Source: an uncultured Mucilaginibacter sp.
Lineage (GTDB): Bacteria; Bacteroidota; Bacteroidia; Sphingobacteriales; Sphingobacteriaceae
Direction: 5' to 3'
NCBI GenBank assembly: GCA_903863845.1
Contig: CAIPDP010000071.1
Span: forward strand, 27,617 to 91,616
Length of the DNA stretch: 64,000 bases
Shown here: one piece after another, positions 1 to 10,464 of the stretch
How the letters are laid out: the number at the start of each line of letters is the position of its first letter
Position numbering within the stretch: the stretch's first letter is position 1
Position numbers and translations under genes: made by a program
Notes under the pieces: generated by a model
Database searches by the model: none
What the model was told of the DNA's origin: nothing
The model's input: only the letters and a program-made list of their open reading frames with translations

Positions 1-158
1 AGGATATGCTTCAACTTATTGGCATAAGGACGCAACTGCAAAATAGCATTGGTAGCACGCTTCAGCTTTGCCGCCGAAACCATTTTCATGGCCTTGGTGA
101 TCTGCTGGGTCGATGTTACCGACGCGATACGGTTTCTTACTTCTTTTAAATTAGCCAT
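1..158 (-). CDS. atpG: F1 ATP synthase gamma subunit, 5' end only (gene runs off the left edge)
   Basis: The reverse complement of 1-158 starts with ATG and reads [52 protein letters not shown], the conserved gamma N-terminal helix. It lies directly downstream of atpA on the minus strand. It is absent from the ORF track because it is truncated. Confidence 0.85.
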   Translation of the reverse strand, partial: MANLKEVRNRIASVTSTQQITKAMKMVSAAKLKRATNAILQLRPYANKLKHI

Positions 159-165
159 TCTTTTT

Positions 166-235
166 GAAGTCTTAAGTCCTGAGTCTTAAGTCTTGAGTCA
201 ATACCTTGACTCAAGACTTAAGACTTCAGACTTTG
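166..235. repeat. Word-repeat stem-loop in the atpA-atpG spacer (GTCTTAAGTC / GTCTTGAGTC words)
   Basis: GTCTTAAGTCTTGAGTCA (183-200) is the exact reverse complement of TGACTCAAGACTTAAGAC (207-224). That gives an 18-bp perfect stem, extendable by 1-2 pairs, around a 6-nt loop. Both arms are built from tandem 9-10 nt words. Confidence 0.8.
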
Positions 236-241
236 AACTAA

Positions 242-1816
242 TTAATATTTACCTGCCAGTTCTTTTGCTACTGTTTCCAGTACAGTGGTTATCTCGTCAT
301 CCAACTTACCGGCTTTTAAAGCAGCCAGGGTCTCAGGGTGACGTACTTCCAACTGGGTAGTATATTCGCTTTCAAATTCCTTGATCTTGTTAACCGGCAC
401 GTTACGCATCAGGTTTTTTGTACCTGCGTAAACGATAGCTACCTGCTTTTCAACTGTTACCGGCGAATACTGACCTTGTTTCAATACTTCCACGTTACGC
501 GCACCTTTGTCGAGTACGTTTTTAGTAGATGCATCGAGGTCGGAACCGAATTTCGAGAAAGCTTCCAGTTCGCGGAATTGAGCCTGATCGAGTTTCAAAG
601 TACCGGCAACTTTCTTCATCGATTTGATCTGGGCGTTACCACCTACACGTGATACCGAGATACCTACGTTGATCGCCGGACGAACACCTGCGTTGAATAA
701 ATTCGACTCCAAAAATATCTGACCGTCAGTGATTGAGATCACGTTGGTAGGGATATAGGCAGATACGTCACCAGCCTGGGTTTCGATGATCGGCAATGCG
801 GTCAATGAACCACCACCTTTAACGATGCCTTTGATCGACTCCGGCAGGTCATTCATTGCCTGTGCAATCGAATCGTTGGCGTTGATCTTAGCGGCACGTT
901 CAAGCAAGCGGCTGTGCAGGTAAAATACGTCACCAGGATATGCCTCGCGGCCCGGTGGACGACGCAGCAACAACGACACCTCACGGTAAGCAACTGCCTG
1001 TTTCGACAAATCATCATAAATGATCAATGCCGGACGTCCGGTATCACGGAAGTACTCGCCAATAGCAGCACCTGCAAATGGCGCGAAGAACTGCATTGGT
1101 GCAGGATCGGCAGCGCTGGCAGCTACAACGATAGTATATGGCATAGCGCCGTTCTCTTCCAGTACACGAACGATGTTAGCTACGGTAGAAGCTTTCTGAC
1201 CGCAGGCAACATAGATACATATTACCGGTTGACCGGCTGCATAAAATTCTTTCTGATTGATAATGGTATCGATACAAACCGCTGTTTTACCAGTCTGACG
1301 GTCGCCGATCACCAACTCACGCTGACCGCGGCCGATAGGGATCATTGCGTCGATAGCTTTGATACCGGTTTGCAGAGGTTCAGTAACTGGCTGGCGGTAA
1401 ATTACACCCGGTGCTTTACGCTCCAAAGGCATTTCATAAAGCTTACCGGCAATAGGTCCTTTACCGTCGATCGCTTCGCCTAATGTATTTACTACACGGC
1501 CCAGCATGCCTTCACCGACATTGATCGATGCGATCTTTTTGGTACGCTTGATGGTATCACCTTCCTTAACTTCATCTGATTGGCCGAGTAACACGATACC
1601 TACGTTATCCTCTTCAAGGTTCAATACGATACCTTGCAGGCCATTTGCAAATTCAACCAGCTCACCTGATTGTACTTTAGTTAACCCGTAAGCGCGGGCA
1701 ATACCGTCACCCACCTGGAGTACGGTGCCTACTTCTTCTAATTCAGATGCTGACTTGAAGCCTGATAATTGCTGGCGCAATATGGCTGATACTTCGTCTG
1801 GTCTAACCTCTACCAT
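242..1816 (-). CDS. atpA: F1 ATP synthase alpha subunit
   Basis: 524-aa ORF. Walker A GDRQTGKT, and typical alpha motifs ([27 protein letters not shown]). Confidence 0.97.
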   Translation of the reverse strand: MVEVRPDEVSAILRQQLSGFKSASELEEVGTVLQVGDGIARAYGLTKVQSGELVEFANGLQGIVLNLEEDNVGIVLLGQSDEVKEGDTIKRTKKIASINVGEGMLGRVVNTLGEAIDGKGPIAGKLYEMPLERKAPGVIYRQPVTEPLQTGIKAIDAMIPIGRGQRELVIGDRQTGKTAVCIDTIINQKEFYAAGQPVICIYVACGQKASTVANIVRVLEENGAMPYTIVVAASAADPAPMQFFAPFAGAAIGEYFRDTGRPALIIYDDLSKQAVAYREVSLLLRRPPGREAYPGDVFYLHSRLLERAAKINANDSIAQAMNDLPESIKGIVKGGGSLTALPIIETQAGDVSAYIPTNVISITDGQIFLESNLFNAGVRPAINVGISVSRVGGNAQIKSMKKVAGTLKLDQAQFRELEAFSKFGSDLDASTKNVLDKGARNVEVLKQGQYSPVTVEKQVAIVYAGTKNLMRNVPVNKIKEFESEYTTQLEVRHPETLAALKAGKLDDEITTVLETVAKELAGKY

Positions 1817-1846
1817 TTTCTATTTTATTAGAGTTTTGTTTTTAAA

Positions 1847-2395
1847 TTATTCGTTTATCCCTTTGGCAAAATCGGCTTTCAATCTCAGCAAGCTGTTTGA
1901 AATACTGGTATCTACCTGGCGGTCACCTATCGTCAGGATAAATCCTCCGATAAGTTTATGATCTACTTTAGCATGCAATTCAATGGTAGCACCGGTAGCG
2001 GCTTCCAATTCATCGATGATCTGCTTTCTGTTGCTATCAGACAAAGGAGAAGCCGTGATCACCTGTGCACGTTTGATCTTTTTGATCACATTGTACTGGT
2101 TGATGAATTCAGCCGAGGTGGCGTATAATAAGCCGGCACGGCTTTTATTTACCATGATCTTAAAAAAAGCGTCTGTTATCGCGCTGATCTTCTTGCCGAA
2201 AATGGCGTCGAGTATCTTAATTTTCCGGCTATGACCAACAATAGGGTTGGCCAACACTGCCTGAAGCTCATGATTAGCTTTCACGGTTTCCGAAAAAAGG
2301 CCCATATCATTCCTGATCTCTTCCAGAACTTTCTTTTCCTGGGCCAGATCAATGATCGACTTCGCGTAACGGGTTGCAACTGTTAATTCAGACAT
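1847..2395 (-). CDS. atpH: ATP synthase delta (OSCP) subunit
   Basis: 182-aa ORF between atpF and atpA. The N-terminus ATRYAKSIIDLA and the C-terminal LIGGFILTIGDRQVDTSI are typical of OSCP/delta. Confidence 0.9.
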   Translation of the reverse strand: MSELTVATRYAKSIIDLAQEKKVLEEIRNDMGLFSETVKANHELQAVLANPIVGHSRKIKILDAIFGKKISAITDAFFKIMVNKSRAGLLYATSAEFINQYNVIKKIKRAQVITASPLSDSNRKQIIDELEAATGATIELHAKVDHKLIGGFILTIGDRQVDTSISNSLLRLKADFAKGINE

Positions 2396-2473
2396 TTTTT
2401 ATATTTCGAATTTTATTCGTCTCTCTGGTTCCAACACAAATAAAATATTGTATCGGAATTTCGGGATCTGAAA

Positions 2474-2968
2474 TCATTTCAACTTAACTTCTTTCAGCAG
2501 GTCGGCTACTAAAGCATCCTGTTTCTTCTGATCTTCGAATTGCTTGCGCAATACTTTCTCAGCAATTTCCAACGACAAGGTGGCTACCTGATTTTTTACA
2601 TCGGCCATCGCTATCGCTTTCTGATTATCAATTTCAATACGGGCACGTTCGATGATCTTGGTACCTTCAGCTTGTGCCGATTCTTTGGCTTCGTTGATGA
2701 TATTGTCTTTGATCTGTTTTGCTTCCTTCAATATCTGGTCGCGTTCGGCACGGGCCTGTTTCAATAACAGTTCGTTCTCGTTAGTTAAACGGGCCATTTC
2801 TTCTTTAGCAGCTTCTGCTTGTAAAAGTGCACCTTCAATTGATTTTTCGCGTTCGCTGATCGATGCCAGGATAGGCTTCCAGGCAAATTTGCCTAACAGG
2901 AACAACAGGATACCGAAACAAAGTGTGGTCCAGAAAACTAACCCAATGCTGGGGGTAACTAATTCCAT
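2474..2968 (-). CDS. atpF: ATP synthase F0 subunit b
   Basis: 164-aa ORF with a single N-terminal TM helix followed by a long charged coiled coil. Its operon position is between atpE and atpH. Confidence 0.9.
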   Translation of the reverse strand: MELVTPSIGLVFWTTLCFGILLFLLGKFAWKPILASISEREKSIEGALLQAEAAKEEMARLTNENELLLKQARAERDQILKEAKQIKDNIINEAKESAQAEGTKIIERARIEIDNQKAIAMADVKNQVATLSLEIAEKVLRKQFEDQKKQDALVADLLKEVKLK

Positions 2969-3045
2969 AAATCAGAATATTATAATTAATAATGTGATCA
3001 AATTTAAATAACCCGGAGCCAAACGCCCCGGGTATTTTGTTTTCC

Positions 3046-3300
<255 letters not shown>

Positions 3301-3340
3301 TTAATTTAAAACGTGTATATTAATAGATAATTAATTCAAA

Positions 3341-4414
3341 TTAATGATGCTCTTCTATCGCCATCCCGATAAACAGGGCCGAGAGCAGTGTAAATATGTA
3401 AGCTTGTAAAAATGCTACCAGTAACTCAATAGCGTCCATAAACACCACAAATACTACTGATACAGGTGATACCCAAATGGTATTCAAAATAAAGATCAGC
3501 GATATTAAGCTCAGGATCAAAATGTGACCTGCAGTGATGTTGGCAAACAAACGTATTGTTAATGCCACTGGTTTAGAAATGATACCCACTACCTCAACCG
3601 GGATCATGATAAAGAACAACCACCATGGATTAGGCACGAAAATGTGTTTCCAGTAATGCTTGTTACCATTAAGGTTAACAACAAATAAAATAACAGCCGA
3701 AAGCGTTGCGGTAACTGCAATATTACCGGTAAGGTTATAACCACCCGGAAAGAATGGGATCATCCCCATCAGGTTATTGATCAGGATGAAGAAGAATATG
3801 GTTAGCAGCAAAGGCATGAAACGAGCGTACTTATGACCCATATTCGGCACTGCGATATCGTCGCGGACAAAGAGGATCAAAGGCTCAAGGAATGATTGCA
3901 AGCCTTTCGGTGCTTTACCCTGACGCTTTCTGTATGACGAAGATATACTGAAGAAAACGATCAGCAGAATGGCGATCGACATAAATAAACTGATCACATT
4001 GCGTGTGATCGAGAGGTCCCAAACTTTCTTGCTTGCGGCTTCATTTACCGCTCCGGAAGCATCAACAACTTTAATGTGATTAGCTTCCAGTTTATAGCTG
4101 TAAAATTTACCTGCATAAACTGCGCCTTCCTCCTGGATCTTGTCCGATCCGAAAACTTCGAGACCCTTGTCGGTATAGAGAATAACCGGAAGCGAAAGGA
4201 ATTTTTCTTTTACAAATGGAAATGCCACCGGCCATGAATGCGAGTCACTGATGTGCTCCAGGATCATTGCTTTAGCGTCAAACTTGGTTTTAGACGTATC
4301 CGGGCCGTTTTCAGCGGCTAAAGTTACTTTCGGAAACAGGCCTGCTGTTAAAAAAAACGCGCAAATGAAGAAAATTCTAAAAAGTTTTGAGTTCAAAATC
4401 GTGCCGCTTGTCAT
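3341..4414 (-). CDS. atpB: ATP synthase F0 subunit a
   Basis: 357-aa polytopic membrane ORF with the conserved RLFANITAGH stator arginine segment, immediately upstream of atpE. Confidence 0.92.
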   Translation of the reverse strand: MTSGTILNSKLFRIFFICAFFLTAGLFPKVTLAAENGPDTSKTKFDAKAMILEHISDSHSWPVAFPFVKEKFLSLPVILYTDKGLEVFGSDKIQEEGAVYAGKFYSYKLEANHIKVVDASGAVNEAASKKVWDLSITRNVISLFMSIAILLIVFFSISSSYRKRQGKAPKGLQSFLEPLILFVRDDIAVPNMGHKYARFMPLLLTIFFFILINNLMGMIPFFPGGYNLTGNIAVTATLSAVILFVVNLNGNKHYWKHIFVPNPWWLFFIMIPVEVVGIISKPVALTIRLFANITAGHILILSLISLIFILNTIWVSPVSVVFVVFMDAIELLVAFLQAYIFTLLSALFIGMAIEEHH

Positions 4415-4429
4415 CTAAAATGGTGTTTT

Positions 4430-4816
4430 CTACCCTGAATTTTTGTGCCGCAAGTTACGCAACAGAATATAAACTTCAAAGGCCATATTTAATAAATACA
4501 AATAAAAAAAGTCGCCCACAAATGCGTACTTATTTACTTTGTTTTTTGCCACAAAAACGAAGATAAATATCAGGCAGGCGAGGATTTTTACTGTGGTTCC
4601 GGCAAGGAAAACCTGGGCATAATAATCGCTGTTTTTGCGCTGAACCCACAATATTGCGCCCAGGATCAGCAACGTAAGCCCCGAAATAAAGCCGTAAAAG
4701 AGCCAGAAATTGGGCACCAGCCAATCAGAATAGCCAAGTTGCTCAACCAAAACCGGTGGTATAGCTACAAAAATTATAAAACCGATAAAGAGGATGATGG
4801 ACGCGGAAGGTTTCAT
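4430..4816 (-). CDS. Small four-TM membrane protein of the atp operon (function unknown)
   Basis: 128-aa hydrophobic ORF lying 15 nt upstream of atpB on the same strand. No motif recognised. Confidence 0.6.
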   Translation of the reverse strand: MKPSASIILFIGFIIFVAIPPVLVEQLGYSDWLVPNFWLFYGFISGLTLLILGAILWVQRKNSDYYAQVFLAGTTVKILACLIFIFVFVAKNKVNKYAFVGDFFYLYLLNMAFEVYILLRNLRHKNSG

Positions 4817-4876
4817 TGGTTGTTGGGTATTGGGTATTGGGTATCGGTTATTAGTTATCAGTTATTAGTTATTAGG
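4817..4876. repeat. Heptamer word-repeat spacer (GGGTATT x3 then AGTTATT/AGTTATC x4)
   Basis: Reads TGGTTGTTGGGTATTGGGTATTGGGTATCGGTTATTAGTTATCAGTTATTAGTTATTAGG, directly upstream of the 4430-4816 ORF. Confidence 0.8.
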
Positions 4877-4907
4877 TCTTGGCCCTTTATTTAGTAAAAA
4901 ATACTGC

Positions 4908-4958
4908 AACGTTCCAACGTTTCAACATCCCGATAGCTATCGGGACAACGCTTCAACA
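4908..4958. repeat. REP-like element: 18-bp perfect palindrome TCCCGATAGCTATCGGGA flanked by CAACGYTTCAACA direct repeats
   Basis: The palindrome at 4928-4945 is self-complementary. CAACGTTTCAACA (4915-4927) and CAACGCTTCAACA (4946-4958) flank it. A second copy in inverted orientation lies at 10389-10429. Confidence 0.75.
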
Positions 4959-4964
4959 AAAATC

Positions 4965-5195
4965 TCAGCGCCGCAAAGATATAATAAGAAAGTATAAAGA
5001 AATACCTATACCTGCCACAGAAAAAATAGCTGCTACCCAATTGGTATGGTGTCCGGCATGTTCATCTATCCGATAACCGGCATATCCCAATAAACCAACT
5101 GTCGCCACCATCTGAAACCCGAGGCCTGCGTATTTCCCATAGGCATTCATTCCTTGTTTGCCGTTTTCATCAGGTTCATTTTTAGCCATCTGCAA
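4965..5195 (-). CDS. AtpZ/AtpI-family small membrane protein (first gene of the atp operon)
   Basis: 76-aa ORF with two TM helices (GLGFQMVATVGLLGYAGYRID ... WVAAIFSVAGIGISLYFLI), as in AtpZ/AtpI proteins, at the head of the atp gene string. Confidence 0.7.
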   Translation of the reverse strand: MQMAKNEPDENGKQGMNAYGKYAGLGFQMVATVGLLGYAGYRIDEHAGHHTNWVAAIFSVAGIGISLYFLIISLRR

Positions 5196-5260
5196 ATTTA
5201 TTGATCCTATTGCATACTATTTAGTAAATTAGCAAAGCTTTTATAAACAGTACATCTACC

Positions 5261-8092
5261 TTGAAGCGAATACCTGCAATAGCTGTTACCAAAAAAATAT
5301 TCTCCACGTTTTTAGTGTTTTTGGCGATTGGTTGTGCGCTTGAAAAACAAAGCGGCTTTAACCGGGCCATGCAAAACCTCACTGCTCAATATAATATTGT
5401 ATTCGATGCGAACGAAATTCTCAGGCAAAAACAGGAAAGCTATGCGGTGTCGTTCATAGATGCTTATAACGAGCTGTTGAGCGTTTACCAGGATACAACT
5501 GCCAGGCTTTCGGCACCAGACAAAGATCTGGAAGAAGTAAAAGCCAAGGGTGGCAAGATCATCAATATTAAAGAACAAAGCCATTATATCGGCGATGCCT
5601 ACCTGATCATGGCAAAAGCCGACTACCTGGAGGGCGATTATTTTAGCGCAAATGAGTATTTTACCTATGTTACCCGCTCATTTCCTCAGCAACAAAAATT
5701 AGTAGAAGAAGCCCTGGTTTGGAAAACACGAACGCTGATCAAACTTAATTTGCTGCCAAATGCTAAGCTAGCAATCGATTCAGCGTTGAATAACATCACC
5801 AAAAAAACACCCAAAAGCATCATTTCGGCTATTTACGCTACTCGTTTGCAATACGATATAAACGTGCAGGAATACGCCGATGGCGAAGTTATGGCTGTAA
5901 ATGCCATTAAATACTCGCACGATCAATCCCAACGGCTCCGCCTTACATTCATATTGGCTCAATTGCAGGAACTGAACAACAAAAATGCTGACGCTTATAA
6001 AAACTATACCAGCATCGTTAACAGCAATGCGTCTTTCGAGATGGCCTTCAACGCTAACCTCAACAGGATCCGCATCGAGCAATTAGGTACCGGCGCCAAA
6101 GTAAGCCGACTGGCCCGCTTGCAGGCCCTGCTCAAAAATGATAACAATAAAGATTTTGCCGATCAGATCTATTATCAGATCGCCCAATTGTATTACGCTG
6201 ATAAAAATATTGACCTGGCTATCAAAAATTATCGCCTTTCTTTGCGTCGCAGCAGGAAGAACGAAAACCAGAAGGGTCTATCCTACCTTCGCCTTGCCGA
6301 TCTGTTTTTTAAAGACAAGGCCGACTATGTAAGTGCTAAAAAATACTACGATAGTACGTTGATGAACCTGTCGCCCGGCTATTCCGGCTACCAGATCATC
6401 CAGAAAAAAAGCAATAACCTGCAATTACTGGCCGACAGGTTTGGGCTTATCATACGGGAAGAACTATTGCAGTCTTTAGCCAGGCTGGATGAAACCAGCA
6501 GGAATGCGCGTATAGATTCGTTAGTTAACGCCGAAATATTGCAGCGGCAGAATCAGGCTGCTACTGATATCGACTCGCGAACTAATTCACCGATAGACGG
6601 ACCTGGTGCCGGTGCAACCAGCAGCTTCTATTTTTATAATGCCAATGCCATCAGCCAGGGCTTGAACGATTTTAAACGAAGATGGGGCAATCGCAAACTC
6701 GAAGACAATTGGAGAAGGAGTAATAAATCAGGTGGTGACAATACCAGCAATTCGGCCCGAAGCATTGACCCGGATGCCCCTGTCGATGAAGCGAATAATA
6801 AAGGTGTACCTACAGCGTCCGATTTTCGCAAGCAATTGGTTCAAAATCTGCCGCTAAGTCCCGATTTGTTGGCGAAATCGAATACTAAGATATACAACGC
6901 GTATCTTGATATTGCTAACTATTACCGCGACGTACTGGGCGATCGGAAAGAAGCAATTGCAACTTATGAATTGCTATTGAGCCGCTTTCCTGCCATTAGC
7001 GATAAACCTGCAATCTATTACAATTTATACCGGCTGTATAGCGATGAAAACCAAAGCGCCAAAGCTGATGAATATAAAAACCTTTTGCTGACAAATTACC
7101 CTGAATCGGCCTTTGCCAAAATCATTGTCGACCCCGAATATGCCAAAAAGGTAAACGATGCTGATGCCGAGAGCACTGCTCAGTATAACTCCGTGTATGA
7201 TGCCTTTGACCAAAAAGACTATGCCAAAGCGATCAGCCTCGCTGATGGTGTACTTAAACAAAAACCTGGCAATAAATGGGCCTCACAACTAGCGTACTTA
7301 CGGGCGATATCTGCCGGGCATTTAGAAAAATTCGACCCATTTAAAGCCGATTTGCAACAAATTGTAACAAAATACCCTAAAGACAAGCTGATACTGCCGC
7401 TGGTAAAACAACATTTGGCCTATATTGATTCCAATAAAGTTGCGCTATCCCAAAGGCTATTTGTTCTCACTGACAAAGATCCAAACGAGGCCCCTTTTGT
7501 TGAACAGATGAGTGATGAGCAAAAAGCCGCTATCAAATACAATAACCTGATAGCTGACAGGCAGGCTGCAGCAGTAAAACTGGCTCAGGCTTATAAAGAT
7601 TCGGTGGCGCTAGCCGAAGCCAGAATCTCTGCCGCTAAACAAGCAGCTTTAGACAAGGCTGCAGGCATCAACAAACCCGTAGTTGTGCAGACGCCGGTTG
7701 ATGGGCAGCCAGTTAAGACAGAATCCTCGTTTTTCTCGATGCGCGACAGCACGAATTATTATTTTGTCGTTAATGTGAGCACGTCTACCATCGATCTGGC
7801 TTCTTCGCGCTTCGGCATTGGGCAGTTTAACCGGGCAAATTTTCCCAACGGATCGATAAAACACCAATTGACGGCGGTTGGCGACGATAATCAATTGATA
7901 TTTGTCGGACGCTTTTTTAGCCTGGCTGACGTTAAGGATTATGCACGTGCGATCGTACCGCTATTGCCTGATATTATGAAGGTGCCGAAAGAACAGTATA
8001 GCTTTTTTATCATCACCCAGGAGAATTTGAATAAACTGAATAATAAAATGATGCTTGACAATTACGTCGAATATTATCAAAATACCTATTGA
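5261..8092 (+). CDS. Large TPR-repeat lipoprotein, candidate type IX secretion/gliding protein PorW/SprE
   Basis: 943-aa ORF. The TTG at 5261 is the only start that preserves the signal peptide and lipobox (FLAIGC). TPR-like repeats run throughout, and the post-lipobox segment NRAMQNLTAQYNIVFDAN resembles my recollection of SprE/PorW N-termini. gldKLMN lies 4 kb away. The CDS is confident; the name is not. Confidence 0.5.
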   Translation: MKRIPAIAVTKKIFSTFLVFLAIGCALEKQSGFNRAMQNLTAQYNIVFDANEILRQKQESYAVSFIDAYNELLSVYQDTTARLSAPDKDLEEVKAKGGKIINIKEQSHYIGDAYLIMAKADYLEGDYFSANEYFTYVTRSFPQQQKLVEEALVWKTRTLIKLNLLPNAKLAIDSALNNITKKTPKSIISAIYATRLQYDINVQEYADGEVMAVNAIKYSHDQSQRLRLTFILAQLQELNNKNADAYKNYTSIVNSNASFEMAFNANLNRIRIEQLGTGAKVSRLARLQALLKNDNNKDFADQIYYQIAQLYYADKNIDLAIKNYRLSLRRSRKNENQKGLSYLRLADLFFKDKADYVSAKKYYDSTLMNLSPGYSGYQIIQKKSNNLQLLADRFGLIIREELLQSLARLDETSRNARIDSLVNAEILQRQNQAATDIDSRTNSPIDGPGAGATSSFYFYNANAISQGLNDFKRRWGNRKLEDNWRRSNKSGGDNTSNSARSIDPDAPVDEANNKGVPTASDFRKQLVQNLPLSPDLLAKSNTKIYNAYLDIANYYRDVLGDRKEAIATYELLLSRFPAISDKPAIYYNLYRLYSDENQSAKADEYKNLLLTNYPESAFAKIIVDPEYAKKVNDADAESTAQYNSVYDAFDQKDYAKAISLADGVLKQKPGNKWASQLAYLRAISAGHLEKFDPFKADLQQIVTKYPKDKLILPLVKQHLAYIDSNKVALSQRLFVLTDKDPNEAPFVEQMSDEQKAAIKYNNLIADRQAAAVKLAQAYKDSVALAEARISAAKQAALDKAAGINKPVVVQTPVDGQPVKTESSFFSMRDSTNYYFVVNVSTSTIDLASSRFGIGQFNRANFPNGSIKHQLTAVGDDNQLIFVGRFFSLADVKDYARAIVPLLPDIMKVPKEQYSFFIITQENLNKLNNKMMLDNYVEYYQNTY

Positions 8093-8128
8093 TTAACTAA
8101 TATTGCTTCCTTTTAAGTATCGAAGAAA

Positions 8129-10384
8129 ATGATCGTTGTTAAATTATCGGCCCAGGATATCAAGAGGTATAATGGCTATATCTGGAAGTTCTTCGGTGGC
8201 TGTTTCCTGTTGCTGGTATTGCTTATTGTAGCCACTTACCTGGGTTTGTTTGGCGCATTGCCCTCCTTTCGCGACCTGGAGAACCCCAAAAGTAACCAGG
8301 CTTCGGAAATTATCTCGTCAGACAAACAGATACTCGGCACCTATTATGTCGAGAACAGGTCGAGTGTAACTTATAAAGAAATTTCGCCCAATGTGATCCA
8401 CGCACTTGTGGCAACTGAAGACGAACGATTTTACCAGCATTCAGGCATCGATTTTCGCCGTATGTTCAGCATCCTTTTACTTAATATTTTTAAAAGACAA
8501 GGCGGTAGTACGATAACGCAGCAGCTGGCCCTGAACCTTTTTTCGGAGCGCTCACATAATAAATTTGTGCGTTTCACCCAAAAAATGAAGGAATGGATCA
8601 CTGCCGTTGAACTGGAGAAACGGTATACCAAGGAAGAGATCATAACGATGTACCTTAATACCGTCGACTTTGGTGCTTATAATACCTTTGGTATCAAATC
8701 GGCCGCACGTACCTATTTCAGCACCACACCTGATAAGCTGACACCCGACCAGGCAGCATTGCTGATCGCGATGATCAACGGTCCCGGTTACTATTCGCCG
8801 ATCAATCACCCGGATAGGGCATTAACTCGCAGAAACAATGTGGTACTTACCCTGATGGAAAAAATGGGCTACCTGACAGAGGACGAATTGGCAACTTACA
8901 AAGCTAAACCACTTGGGCTTGATTTTAACCCGATAACCCATAATGATGGGCCGGCACCTTATTTCAGGATGGTATTAAAAAGGGAGATCCAAAAGGTATT
9001 CAAAGAGGAGAACATTGTAAGGGCGGATGGATCGCCTTATGACCTCGGCCGCGATGGGCTGAAAATATACACCACGATCAATTATACCATGCAGAACTAT
9101 GCCGAAGAGGCCCAGGCCGAATATATGCGCCAGCTGCAGGTACAGTTCAATAATCATTGGAAAGGATACAGCTTGTATAAAAGCATTAAAAACTTTAAGC
9201 TGTTGTTAGAACAGGGCATGCACCGGTCTGACCGATACAAGGCGGATACCTTGCAGGGCATGTCGCCCGATGAGATCAAAAAGGATTTTAATACGCCGAC
9301 ACAGGTTGACCTTTTTACCTGGAAAGGCGATACCACCATGACGATGAAACCCATCGACTCTATTGTGTACTCCAAATTGCTGCTGCGTAATTCGCTGATG
9401 AGTATGGACCCAACAACGGGCTATATCAAAGCATGGGTAGGCGGCATCAATTTTGAGCATTTTAAGTACGACCAGGTTAAATATGGCACGCGCCAGGTGG
9501 GTTCAACAGCAAAACCCTTTACTTATACTGTTGCAATAGATAATGGTTATTCGCCCTGCTTAAAGGTTGAGAATGTACCGGTCTCTATCCCGGTTGCCGG
9601 GCAACCCGATTGGATACCGAAACAGTCATCATACGACCTGCAGCCCGGCTTTATTACTTTGCGTACGGCATTAGCTTATTCACAAAACTATATTGCAGCT
9701 TATGTGATGAAACAAGTAGGGCCTGAACCGGTAGTGAACCAAATCAAAAAAATGGGCATTACCAGCGAAGTAAACCCTTACCCCTCCATTTGTCTGGGAG
9801 CTTTCAATGCTTCGGTATTTGACATGACGGGAGCTTACTCGGTATTCGCCAACCATGGTATCTGGACAGAGCCTACTTTTATATTACGTATTGAGGATAG
9901 AAAGGGTAACGTTCTTTATACCCATAAACCACGGGTAGTACAAGCCATGAACGAGCAAACCGCTTATGTAATGACCTATATGTTAAAAGGCGTTATTGAA
10001 AACGGTACAGGCTCAAGGCTTACCTATAAATACCATATCACTAACCCCGTTGCCGGCAAAACCGGGACCACACAGGACAACTCTGACGGATGGTTCATTG
10101 GTGCAACACCGCAACTGGTTACCGGTGTTTGGACAGGCTGCGAGGACCGTGATATCCACTTCCGCTCAACCACGCTTGGCGAAGGAGCCAATACGGCATT
10201 ACCTATTTTTGCTTTGTATATGCGCCGCGTGTATGCCAACCCTGAACTGGGGATAAAAAAGGATGTCGACTTTGACCTGCCAAAGGCACCATTGACCATT
10301 ACTATCGACTGCGGGGCCTACGACCAACAGCAACAGCCCGGCGAAAAGCCCGCTTCGGATGTAGAGAAGAAGCTGGGATATTGA
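8129..10384 (+). CDS. Class A penicillin-binding protein (PBP1A, transglycosylase plus transpeptidase)
   Basis: 751 aa. GT51 motifs ATEDERFYQHSGID and RQGGSTITQQ. Transpeptidase motifs STAK (SxxK), SQN and KTGTT. Confidence 0.93.
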   Translation: MIVVKLSAQDIKRYNGYIWKFFGGCFLLLVLLIVATYLGLFGALPSFRDLENPKSNQASEIISSDKQILGTYYVENRSSVTYKEISPNVIHALVATEDERFYQHSGIDFRRMFSILLLNIFKRQGGSTITQQLALNLFSERSHNKFVRFTQKMKEWITAVELEKRYTKEEIITMYLNTVDFGAYNTFGIKSAARTYFSTTPDKLTPDQAALLIAMINGPGYYSPINHPDRALTRRNNVVLTLMEKMGYLTEDELATYKAKPLGLDFNPITHNDGPAPYFRMVLKREIQKVFKEENIVRADGSPYDLGRDGLKIYTTINYTMQNYAEEAQAEYMRQLQVQFNNHWKGYSLYKSIKNFKLLLEQGMHRSDRYKADTLQGMSPDEIKKDFNTPTQVDLFTWKGDTTMTMKPIDSIVYSKLLLRNSLMSMDPTTGYIKAWVGGINFEHFKYDQVKYGTRQVGSTAKPFTYTVAIDNGYSPCLKVENVPVSIPVAGQPDWIPKQSSYDLQPGFITLRTALAYSQNYIAAYVMKQVGPEPVVNQIKKMGITSEVNPYPSICLGAFNASVFDMTGAYSVFANHGIWTEPTFILRIEDRKGNVLYTHKPRVVQAMNEQTAYVMTYMLKGVIENGTGSRLTYKYHITNPVAGKTGTTQDNSDGWFIGATPQLVTGVWTGCEDRDIHFRSTTLGEGANTALPIFALYMRRVYANPELGIKKDVDFDLPKAPLTITIDCGAYDQQQQPGEKPASDVEKKLGY

Positions 10385-10388
10385 TTGG

Positions 10389-10429
10389 TTTGAAAGTTGT
10401 CCCGATAGCTATAGGGATGTTGTAAAGTT
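10389..10429. repeat. Second copy of the REP-like element (TCCCGATAGCTATAGGGA core, inverted orientation)
   Basis: The core at 10400-10417 differs from the 4928-4945 palindrome at one position. Its flanks, TTTGAAAGTTG and TGTTGTAAAGTT, are reverse-complement versions of the CAAC..TTCAA flanks. Confidence 0.7.
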
Positions 10430-10464
10430 TTAATGATGTTTGCTTGAGCAGCAATGGGTGAGTG

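Noticed and set aside
338-1483. Plus-strand ORFs 338-652, 914-1483 and 1506-1691, antisense to atpA
   Set aside because: They lie entirely inside the strongly supported atpA CDS on the opposite strand, have odd composition and show no motifs. They are shadow ORFs. The same reasoning applies to the other antisense or alternate-frame track ORFs inside uvrC, PBP1A, gldM/L, the rhamnosidase, the AAA+ gene, the phosphoesterase (36038-36529), coxI, actC and actB.
3011-3033. Hairpin ACCCGG...CCGGGT between atpE and atpF as an attenuator
   Set aside because: The stem is only 6 bp with an 11-nt loop and has no U-run in the transcript orientation. It is not distinguishable from chance.
4879-5076. 65-aa plus-strand ORF (contains IPIAIGTTLQQ)
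   Set aside because: It is created by translating the REP-like palindrome and then runs antisense into the atpZ-like gene. It is not a real gene.
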